A stretch of DNA of 64,000 nt from Ophelia neglecta. Taxonomy: Eukaryota. This document shows positions 63,201 to 64,000 of this stretch, in pieces. A model generated the notes under the pieces. That model did no database searches and had not been told where the DNA came from. It saw nothing but the letters and a program-made list of their open reading frames with translations. Position 1 is the first letter of the stretch, and every line of letters begins with the position of its first letter. The translations under genes were made by a program, and so were the position numbers. The stretch lies in contig OZ260667.1 in NCBI GenBank assembly GCA_965285935.1, forward strand, positions 32,054,001 through 32,118,000. Reading direction: 5' to 3'.

Positions 63201-64000
63201 AAAACCCCCTTCTCAGTAGAATCTACTCGTGTATTAACACGTTTTCTTCCTCCTTCAGCAACAACATATGTACTGCGCTAAGCTAAACCACCATTTTGAA
63301 AGGAGGGATGGGGGGGGGGGGGGGGTTAGGACGTTGTTGGATTACTGTATTGTATTTATCCAATCATAACCTTAAGGGCGGTTAACGACATGCACAGCTA
63401 CTGCTCAGTGTTGGCGTCCTGGCCATTATTACTATACTTACAACAAATAGATTCACATATGTAATGTACTGATGGCTGTATAAAATGCATACATACATAT
63501 GTCCTAGAAATTGCAGCCATTTTAAAATCTATCTCAATTTAACATTTTTTGTTGGTAATCACCAAAATATGTGTTTATGCGCAAAGGGACAAATGTTACG
63601 ATGATGTGTATGGTTGGGCCAAGGGTTTGCATTTTTGTGTGACAAAAATCGTCATTATTTACCTGTATACTGGGTTTATCGTAAACAAAGTTGGAAATAA
63701 GGCGGAATTATCTCGTTCTATTAATTCTAAACATTATTATCCGTATCATGCGATATTATTCCGACTGTTTTATTACTTTTGTGAGTATATATCCGGCATT
63801 TTATGGGCTATGTTGCCCAGTTGATTCATTGAATTCAGACTGCCTTTCATGTAGAAATATTCAATATCATTTGTAAACAGCCATCGAACCTTCCTTTCTA
63901 TGTGTAGATTTGATTAATAGTATTATGATGATGCAAATATTGATATGATTCCTTAGACTTTAACAATCTTAGATTATTTGACTGGGGCTGAGCAAGTTTG

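Noticed and set aside
1-64000. tRNA, rRNA, snRNA genes or prokaryotic systems
   Set aside because: None recognised by eye. Small intronic ncRNAs cannot be excluded without covariance-model searches.

Overview
Metazoan (probably protostome invertebrate) genomic DNA, about 40% GC. There is one real protein-coding gene, an RBM24/RBM38 (SUP-12-like) single-RRM RNA-binding protein on the minus strand. Its four coding exons (45537-45358, 37155-37035, 30405-30348, 10197-9894) have canonical GT-AG sites and consistent phases and encode 220 aa. Most of the apparently featureless introns and flanks can be read, by manual translation through stops and frameshifts, as more than 25 heavily decayed relics of one transposon type. 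The relics are THAP + HTH + DDE (Harbinger-type) transposases and SWIM + YqaJ/lambda-exonuclease partner genes, repeatedly arranged head-to-head, which is the ISL2EU-like architecture. One transposase relic appears to run in register, antisense, across RBM24/38 exon 3. Also present are a 24-copy 44-bp minisatellite, LINE and possible Mutator fragments, a TA-flanked MITE and a TSD-flanked poly(A) insertion. All relic calls are by-eye comparisons to family motifs recalled from memory. No HMM or BLAST search was run, and relic boundaries are approximate.
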